Positions 32,101 through 45,379 of a DNA stretch of 64,000 bases are shown here, in pieces. Positions within the stretch are counted from its first letter, which is position 1. Each line of letters begins with the position of its first letter. The translations under genes were made by a program, and so were the position numbers. Below the pieces are notes generated by a model. That model was not told the origin of the DNA. It saw nothing but the letters and a program-made list of their open reading frames with translations, and did no database searches. Location of the stretch: NCBI GenBank assembly GCA_002633005.1, contig NMRA01000369.1:1-64000 (forward strand), read 5' to 3'. Source of the stretch: Phoronis australis. Taxonomy: Eukaryota; Animalia; Phoronida.

Positions 32101-35100
32101 GTTCTTTTGACCTAAAAAGTTATACATTCTTCAAAATTGCTCCAGACCAGAATTTACAGAAGCTGGTTCACATTGTTGATTTCTGCCTAGCATTTCCAGG
32201 TAGCGACACTCGTGCGTGCGAGGTTGTGAGTAACAGTCAGTCATGGGCTGATTTTGACTGAATTGACAAGCCAATGCATATTATGGTCATGTAGGACCTC
32301 ATCGACTAGCCGGTGCATTCAGCCAAATATTTACAAAGCTATAAAATTTCGTTCAGTAAGAGTGTATAATTTCTGAGAGAAGAAAAACCAGAATTTTGAC
32401 TTTATACTGACCTGAAAGTGATTGGGTTACTTGATCATGTCTTTTTTGGAAAAATTTAGCAAAAAATATAGTTACTTGATCCATAACAGACGGCATGAAT
32501 AACATGACCACATTAATAACATGACCACATTTTGTTCAATAAAAGTGTTCTAAATGAAACGTCAAAAACACTGCTTCAATTTTTAAATTATTCTTTTGTT
32601 TTTGTTTGATGCGACTTTTAACGCTTTTTTTCCAAAAGCGGCATAGCCCCTCTTACGGATGTGAATTATTTGGAAATGATTTTTAATTGCTTTTGGAGAA
32701 CAGTGCATAAAGTTCCATAAGATTCCTATCGGCCATTTCTGAGATATCGTGTTCTTAAGTGAAACAAATTTGAAGATTTGCCAAGGTTCCTAAATAAACT
32801 TAAAACCTTGCTTGTATATGTTTGCATGGTTTATGAATGAAAATTTGACCTTCGCAGAAATCGATGCAGGCAGGCACTTTTTCTCTCAGTATGCAGCTTG
32901 GGGATACATGTCAGAATTGACTGCATTTTTGGCCTCGTTTGATCTGACAGTCACTTGGTTTTTGGAACAAGAAAAAAGCAGTTGCTTTATTTAATTTTAA
33001 ACTATGTATATCTTTCAGAATATGAACCTGTCGACGTGGAACGGAAGAAGTACGTCAATGAGGTGCTGTTGGGTAGTTTGAACGACACATTGATAAAGAC
33101 TACGAGAAAACGCAAGACCCACCCGAGACTGTGTAAACATCACTTAATCAATCATTTAGATGCTGATTTTGACTATTTGGTAAGATGATGTCTTCAAGAA
33201 TTCTCTCTTTCCTGATGTATGTAGATTATGTATTAGATATGTAGAATGATATTTAGATGCTGATTTTGACTATTTGGTAAGATGATGTCTTCAAGAATTC
33301 TCTCTTTCCTGATGTATGTAGATTATGTATTAGATATGTAGAATGATATGATTATTATTGTTCTCTAAGTGAATTCAAATATATTTTTGTGAATAATTTT
33401 CTGGTTATAGTCACTTACTGGGGTTGTGCTTTTTGAGAACCAGTCTTCTTCCCTGAATGAAAAGCATCAAGCTGGTTTTCGAAATTTGTCTCTCCTTAAG
33501 AGAATAGTCCCATTTTTTGTGCCACTGTCAGTCTGCATACTTTAGAAATAATTTTTGGATTTTGGTAATATTTTTTTACTGCTGAAGATTGCAAATTTAA
33601 GCGCACATTTTCAGACTTTTCCAGTTCAATTATCTTAGTTTTTTAAAATGTTGCTTGCATAACAATCAAGTGGTTTTCGAGTAGCATTTTTGACCATTTG
33701 AGAGAAATGATTTTTTTCATCAATATAAAAATGATTCACAAGAAGGTAAAACTGAACAAAGTTTTTTGGACATTTCCACCAGGGTGTGTTTGACAAATTT
33801 TGTCACAGTTGGTATCAATTGGTGTGATAAATACTGACTTGAAATGACAACAACCAACAAAATCTCTTTACATCTAAAAGTGTTAGAATTTTTTAACAAA
33901 TGGGCTAATTTTCAATTTTTTTGGTTGTGGTTTCTCAAGTTTTTGCCAAGACTTTTACAATTTGAGACAAATTTTGTCAAAATTCCCCAGCTACCTTTTA
34001 TACAATGCTTAAAACAGGTCAACTGTTAAAGACATTTTATTTGGACGTGTGTTTGTGTAAATTAGTGACTCATTGCCTACTAATGCCTGCTGTTGACTGC
34101 CTATAGCGAAACGTGGGAGTGAAGCCTGTAGAGAGTGAGGGCATGCATGAGGCGGTTACATCAGCAGACTGGAGTGTTACAACTGAACAAACAAGGGCCT
34201 TGTCAAAGACTCTGAAACAGTTAATGTCGGTAAGATTTGCGAAGCTAATTAATCATACAGTTGAGCTTGCATGAGTCGGTCATTTTGAGCTTGGAGGGAG
34301 TAGTTAGTCTGCATAGTGGCTTGGAGGGGGTAGCAGGGCTCGACGCTATTAAAATCGCCAGGTCGCATTTTGCGACCTAGCCAAAATCCCAGGTCGCATT
34401 TTCAAAATCCAGCTCGCATTCGTAAATGCCAGGTCGCAAAATTTTCCCGCCATTTTTACGCGCCAAAATAAGATTTTTTAGATCATCGAGAAAATGTTTA
34501 GATTATGCTCCTACCTGCAGCGTTAAATACTCACTAATTTCGGATCTCAAAATTGACTTCATTCATGCAGGTACGGCCTTACTGTTCTTCACGACCGCCA
34601 TTGAAAGACTAGAGCGCAAGGCAAGTTGCCGACGTGAAAGTTGAATCAGTGCTCTCTAACTGACTTGTGCATTCGAGTAGCTAAATTTGCGATGTGAAAA
34701 GGGAGAAAATGCCCGTTGAAAAAGTATCTGGGATTTTGTTAGATCTGGCCTGCTACTGGCTGTCATCAAAGTCGTTAAAGATTCAAACTACATGTAACTC
34801 GGGTAGTGGCGAGTTTGCTCTTCAATACCTTCCAAGTACGGAAAAAGTAGGTCAGTCACAAAACGACACGCATGTCACTAGTGGTAACTTTCTTTCCGAG
34901 GTATAAAACAAAGCCGGGATTTGGTTTTTACATATTGTGAAAAGACGTTTTTGAAAACTGAAGTTGTGTAAAATGAAAGTGACACACCATATAAGTTGCG
35001 TGTCAATTTTAAACCACACGCGGTCGTTTGTAGTGCGCTATGATGGGCGCTAGCTTGAACTGTGGGCGCTTAATTGGAAATTCTCAAAATTTAAGGGGGT

Positions 35101-38100
35101 ACTTTTTATAGATCAGTGAGCGCTTATTATGAAACACTTTAAAGGTAGGGAGTAGGCTTGTGCGTGAGCATAGACGTTAACCTCAGTGTTTACGGTAATA
35201 AGATATTAAAATGCTGCAATGGTAAGAAACGTTATAATAATACGATTTTGCGAGGCAAACTCCATCTAGTAGGTGTGACTTTCTGGATATCGTTACCACC
35301 TACATTGTACCTTTTTTAGCCACCCGGATAGATTTTGTTTTTAACTGCCCGCTTCAGCCGGAACAAGGTTGTTTCTATAGGAGTCTGAACATTTTACGGC
35401 GACGGTGGTTCGGGGAGCGAAAAGTTGCCGGGGGGTGTATAAAGAGAAGAATGAAAAGTTCACTAACTTGAACCACAATTTCGCATGTAGTGCCAGTTTA
35501 GCTGCAATAGCTGGCTACAGGCATAGAATACAGGGTTTACAGAACATCGACCTCAGGGAACATCGGAACAGGAAAACGTCAGTTCTGGGTTATATCGGTC
35601 CTGGGACATCGGGTCTTTTATAACCGCTGGGAATCTGAGTTCATTTTCAAATAAACCAGAGCCAAGCCGGTATACTCTTTCATTTAGGACTGTCGCTGTT
35701 CTTTGAAGTGGTGCGCACGCGTGAGTTCACGCACTTGAATCGCTGGAGTAGTCTTATTCTTTACGTTGGCAACAACGTACGTGTGAAAGACAAGTCATAT
35801 TTCGCGCACTTAACCCCAGAAACAAGTAAAGGGTTTGAGAATTTCTTGGCAACTGAAAGTAAAGACGCGACCGTCGTTTGGCGATTAATAAGGTTGTCAT
35901 TTTCACTTTTGCTGTCTTAATACGATAAAAAGGAGAAGCACATCTCAGTCTAAGTCACGATTGTCTGCCGGGACCGCTTGCGCGCTAACGGTGCCGCAGT
36001 GCGATATCAGGGATATTGTGGATATTTGGTACATGTAATAAGGACATCTTATGTGAAAAATAAAATTTTTGTCCACCACAAAGTTTGGTAAGTTGATCGC
36101 TTAAGAATTAATAGAAACACCTTTGTTTTTGAAGTTTTATCACGTGTTAAGCAGTGGCCCGAAACTTTCTTCGGTGAATCCGGGAATTTGCAAAAGTGGC
36201 CGAAAGTGTTAGCCAATGAAACGCGACAAATATCGATTCTGCATATCCCAAGTTCACGCGACTTGCCTACAAGTCATCGGGAGGGCTGTTCTCGGTTAGT
36301 GTTCTTTTGAACTCGGATTTGGCAACAACCAAATAACGGTCGGATTAACAAGAGCTGCTTTGTATTTGCCAGGTATCTGCTGAGAAGTGTAAAAACTAAG
36401 CTCGCATTCGTTGGAAATTCCAGGTCGCATTTTGCGACTTGATACGAGCTGACAAAAATCTTAGCTCGCATTTCCAAATTTCAGGTCGCAAATGCGACCT
36501 GCAGCTCGTTATGTCGAGCCCTGGGTAGTTACTCCGCATAGTGGCTTGGAGGGGGTAGTTACTCCGCATAGTGGCTTGGAGGGAGTAGTTAGTCCGCATA
36601 GTGGCTTGGAATTTTGCATGTAGTTGTAAATCTTGGGTGTCTTTCATAAACAATAGGCCTTTTGAAATTGACTCGCAAGGTCAGTGAAAATAGTTTTGTG
36701 TGAACCCTGCTCTTAAGTCCCGTCCACACACAGACAAAGTTACCCTAGAAAAACTTGCACTAGTGCAACATAGCCCCACTTTAAGTGAAGCGTCCACACA
36801 TCATATCTGGTAACTAGTGGAAGGCAGAAGTTGTTGCTGACAATGAACAGCTGATACGTATACAGCGCAAAAAAGAAGACCCGTCTGTATGTAATGCAGC
36901 TGATGCATGTAATTACTTCCACCTTGCCCCAAGTTTGCTGCCAAACAGGGATTAGACATGGTACAATTCACCCTAGAACGCATTATCCTGCCCCAAAAAT
37001 GTGGCATAAGTTGTCACAGGTAGATCAAGTTGCACTAGTTTAAATATCACCCAGACTGCCTCTAAACCTAGCGGCAACTTTAGTCACACAACTGTTGATA
37101 TTGAAAGACATCTTTATAAGTATATAATAAGCATCTTGATATTGAAAGACATTTCCATCAGTATAATAAGCACCTTGATATTTAAAGTATTCTTGATATT
37201 GAAAAATATCATGTTTCTAGGTATATAATTAGCATCTTGGTAGTGAAAGATATGTTTATAAGTGTCAACTGGTTATTAAAGTGTTTGCATTTGGAGTATT
37301 ATGAAACACAACGATTATGTTAAGTCCACATGCATTCCGTTTTTGATAATTAATGTGTTCACTCCTGTTTCAAGGTGGATCCCTTTGTTCCGTGTCGTTT
37401 TCCTAAAGTTACGAATTTGCATTGTTAATTTCACATCATAATTCTATGGATCAATTGGAGTTCTTTGATTGCTTCTTTGGGAAGATTCACCATTGCTAAC
37501 TTGACCTATTCTGCATGGGGCTCCAAAGGGGTAAGATCAAGGGTAAACATCCTTAAATTGGGATTGCACAAGCCACATTTATGATAAACAAACCCGCTGA
37601 GACCGACACAACATCTTACCACCCAGATGCCCTATTAAAAGGACAACCCAGTTGATTCATGCAGCGTGAGATAATGAACAGACAGCAACTTTGGTTAGTC
37701 GGTGTGTGCATGTTGGTGATGCGGCAACTGTCGCTACAGTCGGACTATTTCCCTTTTTGAGTTACCTTAAAGCTTCCATGTTAGCGAGAAAGGGTCAGAC
37801 AATTTGTAGCTTTGTCTGTGTGTGATATCTGTAGGTTGTCTGATAATAAGGTTCTCTGGTGAGAGCTTGGACTTGGTGAGATGCACGTTTGATCCCATTA
37901 CAAGTTTTGTGAACTTGTGCATTTATGAGGCACGGAAAAGTTCAAGTTTATGTCTTTCAGGTTGGCTAAATGACCTTGTCAGTTTTCTTGAACTTGCATT
38001 GTTCACGTATTCTGCATGTTTCCAGAAAATGCCGGATCTCCAGTGTAGAGCAGAACGTCTTCAAGCCTCGGCTGAACTCTCAGACGCCATGTCAATGACC

Positions 38101-38271
38101 AACACCGACCGGGTGATTTTTAATCCTGATGTGTCCGAATCAAAAATGGCCGAGTCTTTAACACCTCTGGTCAAACGGTTACGAACTGTGACTAAGCACA
38201 CCTGTGAAAAGCCGACAACCAGAAGACGGAGTTTGCGCAAAAAAGTTTCACGCAATCAATTTGCAACATAA
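29190..38271 (+). CDS. NSL1: Kinetochore-associated protein NSL1 homolog (Mis12 complex), five exons, about 262 aa
   Basis: Exons 29190-29360, 31986-32073, 33019-33179, 34107-34229, 38026-38271 join in frame. KVSCCSRRSI, F...LQNHINIDGENW, L.DTLIKTTRKRKTHPR and KMPDL...AERL match recalled NSL1 motifs (RVRCTSKRAV, VQENISINGQAW, ATKRKQYPR, LPAL). Confidence 0.8.
29430..31395. repeat. Cluster of nested long inverted repeats in NSL1 intron 1
   Basis: 29435-29770 pairs with 30600-30906 (and 29900-30059); 30893-30960 pairs with 31140-31235; 31165-31215 pairs with 31325-31385. Confidence 0.7.
30060..30354. mobile_element. One end of a DNA transposon, truncated at a contig join
   Basis: Begins CAGGGCTTGG followed by TTTCCGC(G) subterminal repeats; absent from the duplicate copy of the flank (30356-30761). 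Confidence 0.65.
33154..33347. repeat. Exact 97-bp tandem duplication spanning the NSL1 exon 3 donor
   Basis: 33154-33250 is repeated at 33251-33347. Confidence 0.85.
34334..36523. mobile_element. 2.2-kb non-autonomous DNA transposon with 5-bp TSD (hAT5-like) in NSL1 intron 4
   Basis: TIR CAGGGCTCGAC...GTCGAGCCCTG; subterminal (C)AGGTCGCA repeats at both ends; TSD GGTAG; no transposase ORF. Confidence 0.85.
36524..36610. repeat. 30-bp minisatellite, continuing from 34291-34333 across the transposon
   Basis: Units TTGGAGGG(G/A)GTAGTTA(C/G)TCCGCATAGTGGC. Confidence 0.85.
37095..37262. repeat. Degenerate tandem repeat of about 40 bp
   Basis: TTGATATTGAAAGACAT...TATAATAAGCA recurs four to five times. 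Confidence 0.7.
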
Positions 38272-40929
38272 TGGGAAAATCATGACTAAGAATTTTGTTT
38301 AAAAATATGGGCTGGCATTGTGATGAATTAGTGTGGTTCCATTTTCTTTGACATCTGATTTTATCTTTATTCATTAAGTGACAGTCAAGCGGTTATAATG
38401 CTTTGCCTGCTTTTAAAAAATGTTTTTAATTCAACCTTAACTGCCTTTAGAAATGTGAATGGAGACTTTGAAGGAGACCTCTATAACATTTATTTTGTTC
38501 TCTTATCAGAACCTTTGACTTGTTGATTTTTATTTGTCCAGTTATGTCAATTGGTCTTTAAGAGAGCATAAATAGCTTAGGATACATGAAGTAACAATGT
38601 GTCTTACAGTTTTTTTTTCCTTCACTGATATGTCGCGTACAGAAGATCTCTTGGGAAACAACGAAACCATGTTCTTGCGTTGGCAAACAGGGAGTGCTGG
38701 TAAGTGGTGGCCACTAAGAGTATAGTCAAATTTGTGTGGTCTAGGGGTGAAGGGTTATGTTGAATTTCTGCTTCCCAATTGTTAAATCCTATTTAGGGCT
38801 CTTCTGTGTACTCCTCCATCCCAAAGTTCATCTAATATTCTCCTTCAAGATTATTTTAATATCTTAAGATGGCAGTAAACCTGCCTGCCACCACATCAAA
38901 CAATTTTTTGATTTAGATTATTTGTTAGAAATGGGTCTCAAATTGTTTCTTGAACAAATGAAGTAATTTCAGGACTTTAAAAGAAGTAGCAGTTTGTTAT
39001 TCCTTGAGACCAGGCTTTTCAGGTTGGTCCAAGCATGGTCTTCAGGAATAACAGAACTGTCAGTTTTATGCAAACCCAGAAGTTGTTTCTGGTCAGTGTA
39101 AAGAACAGTTTTAAAGTTGTCGAAATCATGAGCTCTTTTCTTGGGTTCAGAAAATGGATTATAAATTGAGTAGTGTTTTTAAATTCCTAAGTATGCGTGA
39201 CACTGACTGTCCAGCTCAGGAAAATTGTTCAAGTGTCTCAGATTTTGAGAACCAGTTTAATGCCCGTTATTCTGTTGTGAACACTGGTTCTCCAAATGCG
39301 GTACTGTGTGAATGACTATTATCCAATAATGTTATAATATAGTTGTATACTTTATTTGTGGAATAGGTCGAATGATTTATGAAAAACCAAAGCTATTCTT
39401 TTCCTTTGTTTTATGTACTTGGTGGGCAAAGTTGTCACCTGTGACCTCTGGCTCTTTATACCAGTAGGGAATGCACTAATGGCGTTTACTGTCTGATCAC
39501 AGGATTGCCCCAATGTTTTAGTAAAATATTGTGGAGATTGGACTGGCAATGATATTAATTATGACTTGGTGTGATATAGGGCAGAATAATCCTGATACCA
39601 TTTAAACCTTGGATGTATATAAGTCAAATTAATGGAATGATAAAATTACGTCATCCTTTAGTGTATTTTTGTTTCCCCACGAGCCTCATTTCTTTGAGTT
39701 AGGTTGTGCAGGCCAAAACAATGGCACACAATCAGACTTACGCTTCTCCATTCTATTACAACACAGGATCAACTGTGACCTTTATGTGTTGGCCATGTTA
39801 AAACATATTTTTGTAATGGGTTCGAAAACAAAAACTGTGGCAAGACGATGGTGCTGTGTGACTGTAAGCTGTTCTCTTCAAGGTTATGAAAGGGGATGTA
39901 GATTGCGCTTACCAGTTTCTGAAAAAATGAGCCTGGATCATGGCGAGAAATTTCGTGTCATTTGGTCCGGTTGTTTTTGGCGCGTGTATTATTGGTAGGT
40001 GAAACGTGTTTTGTTTTTCCTCTTAATGGTCGAGTGAGCTCATTTTCTAGTTCTTGCAGTTTATACACTTAAAAATACGTCTTCTTCGAAATTTGTCACG
40101 TGCATTCGGTACAATCTCTAACAGAAGGGAAATAAACGAGTAAAGGCGGCAATAATTCTGGCGTAAGATAATGATTTCAAAAAAGTAGGCCAACGTTAAT
40201 TTCTGTTTATTCGTAGACGTCCATGTACTCGTGAAGTCGGTAACTTGGAGCTACGAGTCTGGTCAGCCGGCTGATTCGCAGATATCAATTGACAAATAGT
40301 CCGACCTTTGTTGAACACTTATCGCATAATATGCTATTTAGGCCGTGCTATTGATTTCATCATCGTATCATCTTTCTTAACATAAAAGCCGCAGTCTCAC
40401 AAAAGCAGAGAATCATTTGATTCCATAATTAGGGTCCAATCCGTTAGTAGTCCCCTAAGAAAAAGGGATATAAAGAAGAAAAGCAGGAAAACTTATAAAA
40501 GTCCGTTATCGTTATGGGGATTTATTGTACTACGATCAAAGTTTTGTGCAATGGGCCCAATCATGAGGCCTGCGCACGTCTGGTGCACCGCAAATAACAT
40601 CAGACCACTTGGTGCACTGTTTTTTTTAAGTTCATAATTCGCTTCGATATATAACATTTCGGTTTAACTGGAATTTTTTCTCGTTTTTTTGCCAAACTCG
40701 GGAACTTTAGAGATTAAAAAATATGTATATAAGTTTTGTGGCTTTGCAATTTTTATAGTTGTAACACTCAAAGGTAAATATTCGTGATTATTTTGCATTT
40801 TTATTTGAAAAGTTTTAGACAACGGTAATAAATTCGGCTTTAAAGTGGCTATAAACCGACTTTCCGTCACCTAAACTTAAACCCGGTATGAAATACATGT
40901 GGGTCTTAAACTGTTGGAGCGTGATTCTT

Positions 40930-42368
40930 GGACACCTATTAGTGAGATGACGCTATCCTCTCGTTTTCAGATGGATTCGAAATAGTTTGCGCCACCTAGT
41001 GGCCATTTTTAATGTTTTCGAGTCTGTTTTTGTGCGTCCACCCCTCTATCAACTAAACCGCTCAAAGGATGATTGTGAAAATTGGCATGTATATGCGTAC
41101 TATGTAAAGGACGGTTGACGATGATTTTCCGACGATTTCGCCTGTGGCGCCTCCTAGTGGCAGTTTTTTTTGCGCCTATGGTTGTATCTCCTAAACCGTT
41201 CGCAAGATCTTTACGAAATTGTGTAAGTATATTTATATGATGTTAACAACGGAAGATGACGACTTTTGAGCGGATCCGACTACCAGTTTGCCCCCTAGTG
41301 GCAATTTTATTTTTTTACGTTTACCTTTATATCTTCAAAAGTCAACGGAATATTCATGAAATTTAATATGTACATGTAGGCACCTGTTGGTGAGATGACG
41401 CTATCCACCCGTTTTCGGATGGATTCAACATAGTTTGCGCCACCTAGTGGCCATTTTTACTGTTTTTGAGTCTGTATTTTTGCGTCCACCCCTCTATCAA
41501 CCAAACCGCTCAAAGGATGATTGTGAAAATTGGCATGTATGTGCTTACTATAAAGAGGACAGCTGACAATGATTTTCAGACGATTTGGAGTACTGTGGCA
41601 CCTCCTAGTGGCAGTTTTTTTTGCGCCTATGGCTGTATCTCAAACCGTTCGCAGGATCTTTACGAAATTTAATAACTGTATTTATATGATGTTAACAACA
41701 GATGATGACGACTTTTGGAAGGATCCGCCTACCAGTGTGCCCCGTAGTGGCAACTTTATTTTTTTACGTTTACCTCTGTATCTTCACAAATCCTTAACGG
41801 ATTTTCATGAAATTTGGTATGTAGGCACCTATTAGTGCGATGACGCTATCCTCCCGTTTTCGGATGGATTCGACTTAGTTTGCGACACCCAGTGGCCATT
41901 TTTACTGTTTTTGAGTCTTGTTTTTTGGCGTCCACCCCTCTATCAACCAAACCGCTCTAATTATGATTGTGAAAATTGGCATATATGTTCTTACTATGAA
42001 GAGGACGGTTGACGCTGAATTTCCCATGACTTTGATTACTGTGGCGCCTCCTAGTGGCAGTTTGTTTTGCGGCCATGGCTGTATCTCCCAAACCGTTTGC
42101 AGGATCGTTACTAAATTTAGCAAGTGTATTTATGTGATGTTGACAACGGACGATGACGACTTTAGGATGATTCTGACTACCGGTATGCCTCTAGTGGCAA
42201 TTTTAGTATTTTCTATTTAAGAAGCAATGACATGTTCCCCTTCGGATGGATTGTATGTTTTTGCGCCATCTAGTGGCCATTTTTATGACAGAAATAAACA
42301 ACCCTAAAAGCATGCCATTTGCGATGCATTCGTGGGCGCATTTCAACGCCCAGCGTTGGTCTTGTTTG
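40930..42368 (+). mobile_element. Second HINE copy with three tandem units of about 447 bp
   Basis: Units begin GAGATGACGCTATCC near 40944, 41393 and 41838; ends with GTGGGCGCAT (subTIR) and hairpin CAACGC-CCA-GCGTTG; homologous to 14938-15894. Confidence 0.8.
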
Positions 42369-43319
42369 TGATTGTTGTCGGATGGGAGGTTTGACAAAAG
42401 GTCTCATGGAACAATAAAATCTGTCGTATTCGTGACATGATTTCGTCATATACATTGTCCCGCTTATACATGGCACTGCCGTGTTGCTGCTCGTGTCACA
42501 GGTCTATTCAGGCCCGGATAATTGTACTGCTTTGCTGATCAGTAGTGCGTAAACCCAGTTATAGTGAACCAATTTTTATGATTCGAAAACCGATTTGGGT
42601 TACTTGTTATATTCTGTTCTACATATTTGTGGAATCATTAATCCGTGAAAATGTGTAGTTAAAACCAGTTTTACATTTTGATAGACAGAGTTGTTTAATA
42701 AGCTTGGTTACCCTGCTCGAAACGCTCGATTGTGAGGTAGGTGCAAAGGCTGTTTTTTTCTATGTTACTCATCGAAATGGATAACGAAAGCTGCACCACT
42801 ACATAGATACGATTCTAAAATTAAGAAAATACCCAGAGAAATGTTTTTCTGTTTTTTAAAGCATTTTGTAAATTTTACAAAAAAAAAATCAATAATAACC
42901 TCAAATGCTTTCCAAAATAAGGATTTTTATAAAGATTTTCTACAGTATGGTTTTAAGTTAATAATGGTTAAATATACGCATAAAACATCATTCTTTCGTT
43001 TTTGTTGACGTTTCAAGTTTTTGAAGCTTGACAAAACGCACCATCTTGTCAATAATCCACTTGCCACCAAATAATACAAGTTATACAAAACTTATACAAA
43101 AACCCTGTCACCGACGACAATTAAGTTCATATATTTTGGATTACAAATTGGGTAATTCCATGCGTTAAGAAAAAATAAGCTCGAGAAAATCGCTACTACA
43201 GCGAATTCACGAACTGATTAAAACTCATTTGAGTCGTACAGACGTGTCTTTTCTCTTCCTATACAATTTCATGGAAAATGCCTGATTAAAATCACCCGAT
43301 CTCCGAGGATGTATTGTAT

Positions 43320-43651
43320 CAGTGGCGGATCTGGGATACCATAAGGGGGAGGGACCAACTTGTATCCTCGAAGAATTGGCCAAAGCGCGATTGTATGCAC
43401 AGGCGCCCCGACAGTTGCGGGGGCCGGTGATGTGAGCTGCTGTTCTCAAAATCTATCGGAGGACTAAAACAAAAACGACAACACGATTCCGCCGCGTTCC
43501 GGTCCTCCTGAGTCCCCCCTCCTCTTCCGCTGCCGTTCCTAGTTAGTGAAATGCATATTTCCTTACGCTTCACGCTGTTGCTGTTTAATTTTGCTTGCAC
43601 CAGCCAGGGGGGAGGGAGGGCGGGCCCCCTGCCCCCCCTAAATCCACCAAG
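43320..43651. mobile_element. Degenerate MITE, CAGTGGCGGAT family
   Basis: CAGTGGCGGATCTGGG at left; CCCCCTAAATCCACCAAG at right. Confidence 0.5.
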
Positions 43652-43879
43652 CAATGGTGTCCAAAACATATGGCCGATCCGTTGGCGTACCTTACACGAT
43701 GGCTTATTGTTGGTTACCACAAACGCGAGATTGGCCCATTAGCAAAATTACCACAACAGGGCATTTGTGGTTACAAGTGATTTCGTATCTTCAGGCGTGC
43801 GCACAAAAAAATTTGACGGAAGATCGAGAGAAGGAAATTGCGTATATGGAAAGTTCACTCTGCTAAAACCTCGTCTACC

Positions 43880-44715
43880 AACCAAACAGTACTTGTGCGT
43901 ATTTATTAAAATCTAGCCCGCAGATTGGAATTCCCATTTCACGACGGAAGAAATCGAGAAAGCAATTCATGAGCTTCCTATTGCAAAAACGCGGGGGGGG
44001 GGAGCTGACTGTCTCAGTTTTTAAATATTTAAATGAACCACATCATTTATTGCCCCTGTTTTAGAGGTGCTATTTAACAAAATTTTGCAATCAGAAACCT
44101 ACCCACAGTTCTTTATAATCAAGGAAGACTGTTAATGACGAAAAAAAATTGTAGAGAATATTTCTCTTTTGCCTATCATCGGAAAACATTATAAAGTTAC
44201 TGAACAATCGGTTATCATGTTGGGCTGAGCAGAACGGTGTATATCATGGAGCTCAGGCAGATTTTGTGTGGCGTTATTGCGCGTAGGATCAAATTTTTAC
44301 TTTGTACGGAATATGCGAAAATATATCAGCAAGGCGGTGGTCGCTTCTATTGCGCCTTTGTGGATTTTTCCAAGGCTTTTGATAAAATTTCTCATGTACT
44401 AGTGTGGAAAAGATTACAGAAGATCGGAATCCATGGAAATGCCTTAAAAATTATACAGTCAATGTACACTAAGTTGCGCACTTGTATCAAATGCCCCTAA
44501 GGTCTTACCGGTTTTGTACTGTTGGCACCAGACAGGGTTGTGTGGTCAGTCCCTTTTTATTTACAATGTATCTTAACGAGTTTTTAGAGTGTATAAAAGA
44601 TTGTAATAACAGTGATATATTTGTAACTGAGAATGTCTCGGAAATTTCTACTCTGATCTGTGCAGATGATATATTATTGTGTGCTGAATCAGCTGAGGTT
44701 GTTAAATCACCGTAA
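43880..44715 (+). mobile_element. Older LINE reverse-transcriptase fragment (RTEX-like)
   Basis: GRFYCAFVDFSKAFD, GTRQGCVVSPFLF and LICADD across frameshifts. Confidence 0.85.
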
Positions 44716-45379
44716 TATAGTTTATGATTGTTTTTAGAAATGGTGGCCCGCTGAGAACATAGTACGATGATTTAACGGGTGAAGCTACCGGCTTTGATTT
44801 TACCAAACGTCAGGAAGATAATGGCGATAATTGGCAATTCGTGATGATATCACAAAAACATTATATGCAGAGATTTGTGTAAGATACCGGTGGACTAGAG
44901 TGTTTGCATGGTTAGCAGAAAGTCCCGGTTCGAACTTCGGTCACCGGGACAGAGATCGTTTCCAGCTTAAATATAAGTCAGAGGTGTGGCCAACATATGA
45001 CGTGTATGAAGACTAATAAGTCTTACTTACTGCAATTCGCCATATGCTTGAAAACGAGGTGTTGCCTCCGAACTAAAGATAGTTCTGCTTGTTTGGAACA
45101 CGGGCACTTTGTGTTATTGAAAATTGATGCTAAAACGAGACACTGTGTCCTTCACAGCTAGGCACAGGAATCTCTTTTTGTAAAGCCATCAAAGAAGTGA
45201 AAACGATATCAACTCTCTGATTTATGACAACAGAATTATGTACCTTTATATCCTACTGTTGCCTCATTTTTATTAATGTTATCACTGTTTATATAGGCTA
45301 GGCGCAGGAGATAAATCGTCGAAGGTCGAATTTGTCGCCCTCTAAGCCTATTTGTTCAAGCTAGATAACAAACGGTGAA

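Noticed and set aside
41466-42220. Similar short ORFs suggesting a tandem gene family
   Set aside because: They are translations of the HINE tandem units.
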